Source: Camelus dromedarius
Taxonomy: Eukaryota
Assembly: GCF_036321535.1 (NCBI RefSeq)
Contig: NC_087437.1
Coordinates: 77,750,001-77,814,000 of the forward strand
Length of the DNA stretch: 64,000 bases
Reading direction: 5' to 3'
Of this stretch, positions 1 through 11,866 are shown piece by piece. Each line of letters opens with the position of its first letter. The first letter of the stretch is position 1. The position numbers were made by a program, and so were the translations under genes. The notes under the pieces are model-generated. The model saw only the letters and a program-made list of their open reading frames with translations, did not search any database and was not told the DNA's origin.

Positions 1-4
1 AGGA

Positions 5-192
5 CAGTGGTTCTCCAAGCGTGGTCCTCAGATGATCAGCATTAGCATCACCAGGGAACCTGGTGTAAATGCAAAGTATTGGGCCCCTCCCCACACCTAC
101 TGTATGAGAACACTTAGAGCTGGGTCCAGTAATCTGTGCTCTAACATGTCCTCCAGGTGAGTCTCACGCACACTGAAGTCTGGGAGTCACTG
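5..192 (+). mobile_element. MER5A hAT-Charlie MITE, near full length
   Basis: Terminal inverted repeats CAGTGGTTCTC...GAGTCACTG. Internal cagcattagcatcacc, cacctactg and cctccaggtga match the remembered MER5A consensus. Confidence 0.85.
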
Positions 193-1054
193 TCCTTGGA
201 CACCTGCGTTTTTAGGACTGTTCACTGAGTCCCTGTGGCACTTACCACTTGCAACCATGCAGTGACAATTGCCTTCTGATACGCGTGTCTTACTTCTCTA
301 TTGGAATAATAAACCCCTTAAATGTCAGACTATGTCTTAAACACTTTTAAGTCTCTGTCATGAAGCCTAGCACTACATACATTGTGCCTTCTCAAAAGCT
401 GTGCCAAATGTGCCCTACACAGCCAGTCACAGGAAAATCATTTCTTTCTTATTCATCCAAGGACTCTTCCAACTGTCTGTCTCCCCATGTCTGATGCTCA
501 CATACATTCCCATTCTTCCTTAAGCCAGTTTCCCAATCCTTTTCACTCATCTTGATGTTCTTTCCTATCTTGTACTCCTGTACTTACACCAGAATAGTTT
601 ATTTTCAATTGAATATTTTTGAACAGACAGGATTCTGCTTTCACATACAGAAATAATAGTTTGATTTTAGATAAGCTGTATATGATGAAATCCTCTAAAT
701 CCCTGCTTTTAAATCAAGCTGAAACTTATTTACAACGTGTAAGACAAAACAACCCATTCTTGTTAGGGCAAGTGGAATTTCAGTTTTCCTCTTATATAAG
801 GCTCTGTACTTTATGGAACCAAAGTAGATATGTAGCTGAGATAAAACCCTTTGAAGGCTCAATGGGCATTTCTATTCTTTCTCTCAAATAGGTGTAGAAG
901 TACTGGGTCATTCTACAACATATGGCAGGACTGCGAGAATTTTTGATTCATTAAAAACTAATAATAACAAAATTTCCTTGTATCTTTCCCCAAAAGATAT
1001 CTCTAGTTCTCTGTTTATGAAGTAATAATGATTATATAATAGTCACGACAATAG

Positions 1055-1285
1055 TACTTAATAACAAGCATTTAATGTGCTATATGTTGTGCTATTTTAG
1101 ATTTTTTATTTCACTTAATCTCCATAACAACATCATGAGTTAAGTATTACATTTTTCTTATTTCAAAATAAGAAAACTGAAACCAAGAGGAGTTAAGATT
1201 CTTTTCTAGAAACACATAGGAACAGACAGCACTGGGACTGAGTTGCCAGCATCTTTGCTCTTAGTCATTTTGTTATCTTGCCTCC
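1055..1285 (-). mobile_element. MIR SINE
   Basis: Reverse-complement MIR core (ttaatctccataacaac...aagaaaactgaaacc...gttaag). Confidence 0.7.
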
Positions 1286-1299
1286 TGTCTTACAGGAAA

Positions 1300-1445
1300 G
1301 AGCATAGCATTGGAGAAGAGGACTCTAATCACGTTGCTGCAGCTAATTTAGGGCAAGTCTCTAGGTCTCACTTTACTGCTAAGTAAAATAATGGAATTAG
1401 ATCAGATGATCAAGAAAGTTCCTCTGTCGTCTAATATTCTATGTT
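1300..1445 (+). mobile_element. MIR3-like SINE fragment
   Basis: gggcaagtc...gtaaaataatggaattagatcagatgatc...ctaatattctatg resembles the MIR3 3' end. Confidence 0.55.
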
Positions 1446-1963
1446 TCAAGCCTATGAAATAAAGTTAATCAAAACATGTTGGAATTCAACATTCTATTTA
1501 ATTTATGGAATTGATCTCATTATTAAAATAAATCTCTTTATTAAAATGGAAATCCTATATCTAGAAAACCATCCAGTCATAAGCCTCTATTCATCTGTCA
1601 TTCATTCAGAAAACCATCAGATGGCATTTTAAACTCCTACAAAATCCATGGCTATGTGCCAGGGCTGAGGACCACCAGAAGAAATCAGACTAAGTTAGAA
1701 ATCTTGTGTTTAAGGAACTTAGTGTCTAGAGGAATACAGAAGAGATGATTATAAATAGCAAAGTGGAGAGTGAAATATATAAGTTGGGTAGGTATTTTTT
1801 CTATAGGTCTTGCAAAGAGGAAGAGATTATTTGGGTACCATGGAATAGGGATGGGTGTTTGGAAGTAGATTCCAAAGAGCTTTTGGATTAGGACTTAAAA
1901 TAGCATTTGAATATTTTTTTTCTAATACATTAAAATTGCATAATTATATATTGAGTTACTTAC

Positions 1964-2146
1964 AGTAAATATCAAAGACTGCTTGATCAGAGTAAACTGT
2001 TTTCTGGCCAGTGGGTCCATAATATGTCACAGAGCAGGTGAATGGCATTTGTATGTCAGCCTTGGTTGTCTTGTATTCCAGAGATGAAGTCATGGTATAG
2101 AGCTGAGTTACTGGGTCCATTTGCTTCTTAAAAATTATGACCGCCG
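1964..2146 (-). CDS. ALCAM: ALCAM exon 6 (183 bp): end of Ig V-domain 2
   Basis: Reads (A)AVIIFKKQMDPVTQLYTMTSSLEYKTTKADIQMPFTCSVTYYGPTGQKTVYSDQAVFDIY(Y). Acceptor cttcag|, donor |gtaagt. Confidence 0.98.
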
Positions 2147-2189
2147 CTGAAGAAAATAAAGAACACTAACGGTAGGACCTTTCATCGGA

Positions 2190-2370
2190 AAATCACAGCC
2201 CTTAATGAAATGTCACAACAACTTTGAGAAGTGGTTTTGTCCTTACTGTATTTAACAGGAGGGAAAATTGACATGTAGTGAGGTAGATGTCTTTTCAAAA
2301 GCATGAATCAGACATGGACAGAAATAGAATCCTGGAATTCTACCTCCCACTCACTTTAATTAACTTCTAG
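2190..2370 (-). mobile_element. MIR fragment in ALCAM intron 5
   Basis: tcacaacaactttgag...aacaggagggaaaattgac...gtgaggt is a degenerate MIR core. Confidence 0.5.
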
Positions 2371-2612
2371 AACATACCATATACAGAAATAATTTTCTCT
2401 GCTCTTGATTCTTCTGCACAAAGTCTAAAACGGTGTCTTGGTTTTTTTTTTTTTTAAATCCCTTAATGATTTAATGGATACTTAAAGTAACAAAGTATAG
2501 AGTCATAGATCAAAAGAGGGCCACACATTTAGACTCAGGATAGTCTAAGGAATGCTTAGACAAGAGAAAGTCAAAACAGGTCATCTGAGTTTATTGCCCA
2601 CTTCCTGCTCAC

Positions 2613-2700
2613 CTCCTTCAACGGGTTGCAGCACTTTTCCATTCCTGTACCATGTGATGTTGCCATCTGGATAACTGTCTTTTGAAATGCACTCACCCAA
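2613..2700 (-). CDS. ALCAM: ALCAM exon 5 (88 bp): Ig V-domain 2
   Basis: Reads LGECISKDSYPDGNITWYRNGKVLQPVEG(A), with the Ig Cys and Trp and an N-I-T sequon. Acceptor ttgcag|, donor |gtgagc. Confidence 0.98.
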
Positions 2701-3899
2701 CTGCAAAATAAAGAGATAATATTACAACTTTGGTTCCATCAGGGGTTGCCCATTTCAAAGCCCCAGGCTCCTCAAGCGATGCAGAGTTATTCCAGTGGTT
2801 CCCTGATCCATTCATTTTCCAAGCACTGACTAAAGACTCTTGTATAAAAACAATGTCTTGTACTTAAAATCATGGTCTTGTCCATTTTAAAACAGATGCA
2901 ATAGATGCTGCCACCATTAATAAAGTCACATTCATTTAAAAGCATTACCAAATTCATTTCAACAGTATTTGTTTTTAACATTAACTAAATAACATAACTA
3001 CATTAACATTGGCTATTACCTTGGTTTGCAAATCTGTGTATGCAAGAATCATTAATGGTGTTAAAATGGGGCTGCTTCCCCAGCTTCATGCTGTGTATAT
3101 TTCAGACAACACAGACTTACCACGCTCTATAGTACCCACCACTTTCCTTCACAGGTGTTTTTAATTGTTAGTGTTTATCAAATAATATTATGCAGTCAAA
3201 TTTAATCTGATTCAAAGAACTCTGAATCTGCCTTTTCTCCCAACCGAGGAAAATTTGGGTATTTTAGCTAGTGAAAACGAGATGATTAATCAAGGGATGT
3301 GCTCCTGTATAGGACTCCAGTTTTATCCCTCCTTCAATACAGACTTCCTTCAAACCTCTGCTACTGTGATTGTTCAAATCTCTTATCCCTTTACTTCAAC
3401 TTTTCAGTAGTTTAATTTGTCCATAAGAATAAGACCACACATTACATATGACAGACGGTTTGTCATAATCCAGCCTTTCTTTAACTCTCCAGATTTATCT
3501 CTTACTGCGCTCACTTGCCCACTGGCTGAACACCCCCAAATCCAGCAATGCAAATAATGGAATGTTTCCCAAATGCCATTTTCTTTTACATCAAATTATT
3601 TCATATTGTTGGAAAGCCCTTTATACCTTGAGTCTAGAGAGAATCTACTCATGTTATTCAGTTTATTCAAACAAGAAAGACCTATGCCTTTTTTACTCTT
3701 TCCTCCCGCCTCTCCCTTCAGAAATGACAACACCTTCGTCTGTGTCATCACTCTACCTTGTGCAGACTTTCTGACTGGCACCTGGAACATTGTCAACTCC
3801 ACAGAGCAAAGTCTATCAAATTTGTCCTGGCATCTGAGGCCAGGAGAAGGCATTCAACACCAGGCTAAGTAAAGGTTATTAATCAAAACAAGTTCTTAC

Positions 3900-3964
3900 C
3901 TTTTTCAGCTGCTCTGTTTCGAGAAATGGGGCTTTGCTTACAATTTCAGGTTTAGATGGTTGCT
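3900..3964 (-). CDS. ALCAM: ALCAM exon 4 (65 bp): start of Ig V-domain 2
   Basis: Reads (K)QPSKPEIVSKAPFLETEQLKK. Acceptor ctttag|, donor |gtaaga. Phase-compatible with exons 3 and 5. Confidence 0.97.
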
Positions 3965-4364
3965 CTAAAGTTAAGTAGAGAAAGATTTTAAGTACCCATG
4001 GAAGAAGAAAATGGATGTTTGTGATTTGGTTCATAGAAAAATAATTTGCTTACTCAGAGTAGAAAAATCAACAACAAAATAAAGAACAGATTTCCCATAT
4101 AATCTATAGTTAAGAAATCTGATTAGTCTACCCCTTTCAAATATTTGTTTTATTACATTAAATATTATTTTAAATGCTTATTACTCCTTTGAATAAAATA
4201 TTGGTAATGTTTTCTGGATGCTTTATAAACAGTGTGCATCGGTTTTATAGTAAACAGAGGTTAATGTACTCAAGAGGATGTATTATCTGCAAATGATTAC
4301 CATGTGCACTTTCTACTTAACAATTTCCAACTCCCTAGATGAAGACCTGAATCCACATAAAACC

Positions 4365-4510
4365 GAATCACAGGGGTGCTTATTTAAAATTATTTCTGAG
4401 TCCTACCTGGCCTACTGAATCAGAATATCTGGGGAAAATCCTGTAAATCTACTTTTTAAAAACAAGTTCCATTGGGGATTCTTGGACACGGTGGAGTTTA
4501 AGAATCACTG
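4365..4510 (+). mobile_element. MER5-family hAT MITE fragment
   Basis: cctactgaatcagaatatctgggg...aacaagttcc...gtttaagaatcactg terminal repeat. Confidence 0.65.
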
Positions 4511-7261
4511 CTCTAAAATCATAGGAAACACAGAGTAGTTAAGGGATGTAGGAGCCCAAGCCTCCTAGGTATCTCAAACTTTACCTTTTAAGTGAACTTA
4601 CATCATGAATCTATAAATGTGAGGAAATCTTTCAAATTTGGAACCTGAGATAATGGACAGAAGCATTTTAAACATAAGAAGTTCTGTAAGCACAAATTCT
4701 AGTAAAGGCTTCAGGAAAAACTGATTACAAATTGCAGCAACAAGGTAACATTTAAACTTATTTTAACTTATTTTATTCTTGGCTACTTGTTATCTATCAT
4801 TGATGGATTTTTTTTTTTACTTTTTAATTAGCTTTAACAATTAGTCTATAGAAAATGGATATTGCCTCATTGTCACTGATTTTTGTGAGTCTCATGGAGA
4901 ACTATTCCATTCTCAAACAAATAGGCAAAATAAAAACAATCAGCTATTCTTTCTTTCATAGTCTTATTGTCTACCGTCTCCATACTTTTAATTTTGATTA
5001 TCAAACTAAACTGGCTTTTATATAATTTTACTCAATTTGAAATTCAGTTATCAGACATGTTAACTACCCAGACCATCAGGGAAACAAAGATGAAGACAAA
5101 ATGTTTTTGGAACAGCAAAATGGGTATCATTAACCTATATGCAAAAATAATGTAAACTTCAGGTTAACATTCAGAGTTACTTTCTCCTGTGCAATTATTT
5201 TATATTAGAAATCAGAATAATGAATAATAATAGTGAATCTGCCTATGTGTTGAACTCGCACTTTAATTATTGGAGGGCCTATTGACTATTAATTCTAGAA
5301 ATATGATTCTCTTAATACAGTCTCTAAAGAGGGGTTATCTATATTCTAAACACACAGATGAGAAAGAAAACGTAAGAAAGATTTTAAAAATGGAAAAAAG
5401 AAATATAAAAACATAGGCATACCATAGACAATTACATTAAGACAAACAAGAAGTGACACCTGGCTACCTGATTGTTAGAAATGTGACCAAGAAATTAGAA
5501 AGAAAACTGACAAAATACTCAAAATAAGTAGCAACTTCTGGGAAGCTTATGGTGGAGGACTAAAGCCTTCTAAATATCAGAAAGTGTTGATGTTATTTAC
5601 CACTATTTTAATATAACTTCACATTAATGTTCATTATTACAACTCTGAGTTACTGATAAAACATTAAATTCTTTTAAGAATTCTTCAGCATTCAATGTTT
5701 TATGGCAAATGTCTAATACATTTGAGAGAGGACTGTATTCAAAAGATTTAAACAGAATGAAAATCTTGAGTGACCGAAGTTCTCTGGGAACTAAAATCAG
5801 TTATTCAGTGACACCTCCATGAGAACCGAGGAGAGGTAAGATATTAAATTAATGTATGTGGTTAATCAAGAACGAAGATGAACAAGAAAAAAATAGTTTT
5901 TTGTTTCTTCTTCAGTAATATCTATGCCTGGAATATATAGAGAGATTTGAAAAACCTTCCCCCAAATCACACTCTTAACACAAAGCGTGGGTGAGCAGTT
6001 TTGTTAAGTTGCACTAATTTCTAGTTCACCAAAATCAGATATCAACTCAGTTGGACACATACTCACTTCCTCTAATGTAGAATATATTCCTCTTCTTTGA
6101 TTTACAAACCCTGTGATGTTTTATCAATGCACATAAAATCATAAGTACTGATGTGTTACAATTGTTGGTCCTTCCCACATAGCCGCATGTGCCTTGTTTC
6201 AATAAATGCTTCCTAAAATTTATTCTTATTTCAATAAAATAGAACTGTAGCAAACCCAAGGAAACCTGATGAAAAGATGCTGAAAATTTAGTCCTCTTTG
6301 TAGTGTTATTGATTTTTCTATTTAGAAAAGAGTCATAGCAGGTACTGTGGAAGTAACGGTAATATCTATTGCATTTCTCTTGAGATATTTTCTCCTCAAA
6401 CTTTTGTCTCAAACCCTCTATATTAAATACATACTTTGTATGTAATTTTCTCTTATATTAGCTTGTAACAATCAATGAGTGTTAGAGGACAATAAAAGAG
6501 GACACATACTATTTTAGCAAAATTGCATATTGATTCAAAGTGTTTTAAAAAAAAACTTCGTGAATTATGTCTTAATATGACTCAAGGATTCATAACCAAG
6601 TGCAGAATTGAAAGCAAAAGTCATGCCCCAAATTTATTTGCATTATTAAAATAATTTTGTCAAGGGTTTCATAGCCAGGTGAAGATGGAGTGATGAATGC
6701 AAAACTGCTCTATATCACCCACAATGTACTAAAGTTATTATCAGAAACCACGCAGAGGACAGCTGTTTGACATGGGAGGAGAGCAAGAAAGCACAGGTGC
6801 ACTGTGCACTGAGTCGAGAGGGGTCCTCTCGGTACTTTGTCAGCAATCACCTCGTGACGTACTTTAAGTAAACCACTGTGAGTGTGAAATCGTAGTTTAT
6901 TGTCCTCATGAGATGGGAAAATGAGATTTTTTTATATTTAAAGAATCAAAATAAAATATACAGTGCAGATCCCATTGGTTAAATAGTAAATTTATTTCTG
7001 CTTACTTTATTCCAAAAACAAGTTACTTGCAGTTGGAAGTTGAATAACTTTCACAGGGAGTGTGGGAGAAGGGATCCTCAGTTCTGATAAATCAATGAGA
7101 ACAGTCTCCAGATGAAAGCTCTGAAATAACTGGGTGAAGCCAACCAGAGCACTGAGAACAGAGCTGGTTGGTTCAGGTGTACAGCAGGCTCCAAGTCATG
7201 GCAGCAGCCTTCCTTTAATACCACAGACACCCAAGCAGATAATTATGTTGCACTGTGGTTG

Positions 7262-7421
7262 GCAAATCCTATTTTTTTAGAGCTAGAGTCCATCTCTTTT
7301 TGTTTGTTTGTCTTTCTCCTGAACAAAATATCATGAACAGAATAGCAAATGCTATTTTTTTAGAGCTAGAGTCCATCTCCTTTTTGTTTGTTTGTCTTTC
7401 TCCTGAACAAAATACCATGAA
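7262..7421. repeat. Local tandem duplication, two copies of about 76 bp (period 83)
   Basis: 7262-7337 and 7345-7421 differ by two substitutions and one 1-bp indel. Confidence 0.95.
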
Positions 7422-7855
7422 ATATTCAGTGGGTAGAATTCTAGCTAATTGAGTAGAGGCAGGTCCTCACCCCGCTCAGCCCTCTTCATTAGCTTGTCAG
7501 GAGGATCCTTGGAACAGAGCGGGGAAACCACCGCCTAATCAAAGCACTCATTTACTGGTGAGGGGGGAACTGCAGCCCCAGACTGGTGACACCACTCATC
7601 CAAGGTCAGAATTAGCAGCGGATCTCACAGAGCCAGATCTCCTGAATGACCAGTTCAGTGATTTTTTTCCACTTATATCACTGACAGCCATTCAGTTCTA
7701 AGTCAATCTATTTGACTTCTAAGACTTTTGCACCATCACTGGAATGAATCTCTGGGAACTTTTAAAGTTCTCTTGCTATGGGATGGTTTTATTAACTTCA
7801 AATGTGTATTAAATGCAGACAGCAAATAGTTTGATTTTGATGCCATTCAACTACC

Positions 7856-7877
7856 AAAAAAAAAAAAAAAAAAAAAA
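7856..7877. repeat. A22 homopolymer
   Basis: Read directly from the sequence. Confidence 0.95.
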
Positions 7878-8839
7878 GCCATGTTGGTGACAAAGCATGT
7901 GACTTATTTTTGGAGTTGGGCTGCTTTATGGACCTGATTCCTTTTAACTGAGGTATAGCTTAAAGCCAAATAAACAAACCTACACTGGAGGTAATAAAGT
8001 CATCAGTCACGGCCTCTAGTTTGAATAAAAGCAGTGTGACTTTGCTCATGAGGAGGGTATTCTGCCACACGCGGATCTGCGATTAGCTCACTTTAACCGT
8101 ACTTGTTCTGCGGTACACAGTGCCTGTTGCTAGGTGACTCGACAGAAGGAGACAGAGGATTGATTGACGAGCCTAGTAACTCTTAAGTGACGGCAGTATA
8201 TACATGCAGAGAACGAAGCCTCCATGTCACAGCTGCTGTTTGCTTCACTAAAAGTGACCCAAAGTAAATTCATGATGTTTGAAAAATCAAAGCCCCTATA
8301 CACTCTTGCAAACACGCCCTTTATCGTGAGCTGTGCTGTTCATCTAACTGGACTTGGAGGGTCCCACAGTTTCCAGGATAAAACCCCATTTTCATTAGTG
8401 TGTAACTTGTCTATTTAAATTATCCCTGGCTCAGAGCCTGGAATGCAAATTCCGTTTCTGAGAATCACTTTGTTTTCAATGACATTCAAGAAAGAAGAGG
8501 GTTGGGGGTGCTGATAGTATGCAGGGTGTGAGTTTGTTTTCACAATCATAGAAATCCTCTGTATTCTGAAACAGCTGACAGATTTAATTGAATTCGGCCA
8601 ACTGAATTTTTGTTCAGTATGGTATTTTAAAAACTTACATTTTGAAAATTGTCACAAATGTTTCTTCTAAATGGAACAACCCGGATTTTCTCAACTTTCC
8701 TGTACACTGCCTTGATATTTGGTAATTTTAACATCGTAACAAGAGAAAACTGAAGGTGACAAATCAATACACATAACCTTTAGAGTGCTGTGACTTAATC
8801 TCTGTACCTCAGTACGTTCCTGTTGTATACTTCTATTTA

Positions 8840-8847
8840 TGACGTCA
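8840..8847. promoter_or_regulatory. Perfect CRE/ATF palindrome TGACGTCA in intron 3 (motif only)
   Basis: Exact motif with its CpG retained in CpG-poor DNA. No functional evidence. Confidence 0.3.
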
Positions 8848-9805
8848 CGGCCTCATTAAAAAATTTTGGTTGCTCTCTTTAGAAAATGTTTCTAGCAGTG
8901 CATCATCCATCTTCCTAATAGCATCAAAGTGAAACAAAAGAAAAGAAAGGGAAAAAGTACATGGGACATTGGCAAATACAGGATGCAAATTATCTGGTGT
9001 GTTCAGTGTGATGGGACATGACCGGGAAAACCCTGGTACTTAGTTTGATTCATAAAATGATTGAGAAGAGTGGATGGCTTCTGGAAAGTGCCTTCTAAGC
9101 TGAAAGCTAATCAACTGAAACGTGTAATATGCTTTTACAAGGTTCTTCTGGAGAACAAAGGTTCCTTTGATAGTATAAGCACTCTTTGAATCCTTGTCAG
9201 GAGCCCACAGGAGCTTTGAAGTCCATATAAATGCTTAAGGGACCGTCCCAGTTAGCTGCATAGGCTATTACAAGAGAAACAGGAAAAATCCAGTTACTGG
9301 CTGGAGCAGCAAGGCCCTCTGGGTTTCTTTCTTCCCTGTTTATTTTAATAATTTCTAGGTGCTGTCAAGTTATCAGAAAGCAGAGGGGAAAACTGAAAAT
9401 CGAGGTCTTCTTCCCCAATTAAAAAAGACAAGCATTCTAAAACTTTTGAGACCTATTTTTCTCCTTCTAATTTCTAAGATACAATGATGTAATGAGGGTG
9501 GGACTCTTTATTTGACTATTAAAAGATGAAGTGTTTTCATTCAAACTTCTCAAGTCATTCATCTGCATAGCCATTTGCACACTAACATTAACTATGTATT
9601 ATCATTAGGCAAAGTAACTTGCAGTAATTACTCCAAGTTTCTCCTACAACCTTCTCTTCCACCCCTACTCTGTTTTTTCCTCTTGATGTATTTCACATAC
9701 ACACTCAGCGTGTGGAGAACTTCTTTATTTCAGGGCAATTTTCTAAACTACCGGAACACTTTCAAGAAGTAAATCAGCAAACATTAAGCATTAAAGGTCA
9801 GGATA

Positions 9806-9829
9806 TGTGTGTGTGTGTGTGTGTGTGTG
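9806..9829. repeat. (TG)12 microsatellite
   Basis: Read directly from the sequence. Confidence 0.95.
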
Positions 9830-9967
9830 TCCATATATATGTAGAAGGCTTATATCTCTTGCTTGTATTTTGCTATTTTTATATATCAAAAGACAATGTA
9901 TGATTCAGCCTAATGTACATATATATGTAGGCATGATATGTATGATTCTGTGTATATATCATGTATC

Positions 9968-9991
9968 TGTGTGTGTGTGTGTGTGTGTGTG
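9968..9991. repeat. (TG)12 microsatellite
   Basis: Read directly from the sequence. Confidence 0.95.
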
Positions 9992-10326
9992 TATACATAT
10001 ATCACAGAACATTTATTTGTGCATGTCAGTGAAAGTAAATGTCATAGGCCAGGTTTCATTTAGTAGTACTTCATATCACAGGAAATTTCACCCGACAAAA
10101 TGATAGAATATTCTTATAGTTCCTCACTGCAAAACTCCTATTCAAATTTCAAGGATTTTTGTTTTCCTCACTGACAGCATGCACGAGCAGAAGGAAGATC
10201 TCTAGAAGTCCTCTCACATAGACGCCTGCTGTGGAGACACCACAGGGTTCACAGCCTTCTTTCTAAAGAACATTTCCTAGCACCAGTCGTCAACCCTGCT
10301 TAGCAGCTGCACTGCGGGCTACTTAC

Positions 10327-10546
10327 TGAACACCTTGACCACTGCAGGGGCCTCAAACACGTTGTCTTCCGTCACTAGCATGCACACAAATCTCTTTTCA
10401 TCACTGATCCTTGCGTCGCTGATCGACAAGGTGTAGTTTTCATAGAGGCTCAATCTGTCTTTGTATTCTGGTACATCATCATACTGCACACTCTTCTTCA
10501 TCGAGGACCTGAAGGCAATAAATACTGGGGAGCCATCCGGCTTTTC
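10327..10546 (-). CDS. ALCAM: ALCAM exon 3 (220 bp): remainder of Ig V-domain 1 (CD6-binding domain)
   Basis: Reads EKPDGSPVFIAFRSSMKKSVQYDDVPEYKDRLSLYENYTLSISDARISDEKRFVCMLVTEDNVFEAPAVVKVF(K). Acceptor ctttag|, donor |gtaagt. Overlaps ORF 10319..10501. Confidence 0.99.
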
Positions 10547-11474
10547 CTAAAGATTAAAATAATAATACATTTTTAAAAACAGGCGTATTCAGATGTCTCA
10601 GGATGACAACCAGAACAACAAAATTTCCTTGGCCATATTATTCCACCAATATTTGTAGTTCTGCCCAAGAAGAAGAATTTTGGATATGAGCCTCCCATAA
10701 ATCTTTGGAAGAGAAAACTACTCTTCACAAGAGGAGAAGCCGTAAGTTCTTTTACTGGCATCAACTGAAATATAAGAAAATGAGAGGACAGAGCTTTAGG
10801 AATCTGAGCTTTTCTCGCATCTGGAGGACAGAATTAGTAACTGTTTTGAAACTGACAAGGGCTGGCCTTATGTCTGATATGAAAGAAGAAAATGGATGAA
10901 AACAAACCTATTAGTGTTATGTTACAAAATGATTTTCAGCTAACTATCACAGCAAGCATACACTTGAGCTGCAAACACTCATTTAAAAATCTTGGGCAAT
11001 TATCTTCTGCATGTTCATTACTTTGATCTGCATACTTTAAACATCCACGCCTTTCAGAATTGACAGAGCTGACCTTTACACATAACACAGTTTAATGAGT
11101 CTTCATGGAGGAACAGTATTTGCCCTTGTGAAACGATCACGTCCATTAAGGAACAGAATCAGATTAATCACTAAAATCCATAGTTTTGCTACCTGAGTCA
11201 TAAAAGTTAGCTCAAAGGGCTTTATATAAAAACTCATTCCAAAAGAAAACATAATCTGGCATACACAATTATGCCAGAGCACTGAGACACAGACTTCATT
11301 TCTTCCTCTGCTCCCACAAACATTCTCTTACCTAATAAGCAATAACCTAAAATAAGGGCCAATCTGTCTTCTATATGCTTTGCAAGGCCTTTGTTGATAA
11401 AATGTTTTAAAGTGCATGACAAATTCCAAGGTGCTATGGGGGTAATATTTTTAAAAATATATTAATATTTATAC

Positions 11475-11866
11475 TGTTATGGAGTAAATATTTGTGTCCT
11501 GCCCCAAATTTATATGTCTAGGTCCTAATCCCCACTGTGATGGTATTTGGAGGCAGGGCCTTTGCAAGGTAGTTAGGTTTAGATGAGGTCACGGAGATGG
11601 TGCCCTCGTGATGAGATCAGTGCCCTTATAAGAAGAGGAAAAGACATTAGCTCTCGCTTGTGCTCTCTCCATGAGAGCACAAAGAGGTCACGTGAACACA
11701 TAGCAAAGGACAGCTCTCTACAAGTCAGGAAGGGGCCCCACCAAGAGCGGAATCTGCCAGTGCCTTGATCGTGGCCTTCCCAGCCTCCAGAACCGCAAGA
11801 AGTAAGTGTCTGTTGTTTAAGCCGCACGGTCCGTGGCATTTTGCTCTAGCAGCCCACGCTAAGACA
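11475..11866 (+). mobile_element. MaLR solo LTR (MLT1A-like)
   Basis: TG...CA termini (tgttatgg...ctaagaca). Typical MLT1 motifs gtgatggtatttggagg, gtgcccttataagaagagg and ccagcctccagaacc. Confidence 0.85.

Noticed and set aside
1..1963. ALCAM exon 7
   Set aside because: No YPTEQVTIQV-like coding sequence was found, so it must lie outside the window.
3562..3872. Three overlapping ORFs in intron 4
   Set aside because: They show no similarity to ALCAM or any protein I recognise, and exons 4 and 5 already join in frame.
7262..7421. Repeat-spacer-repeat pattern as CRISPR-like
   Set aside because: There are only two long copies in a mammalian intron and no cas genes. It is a simple duplication.
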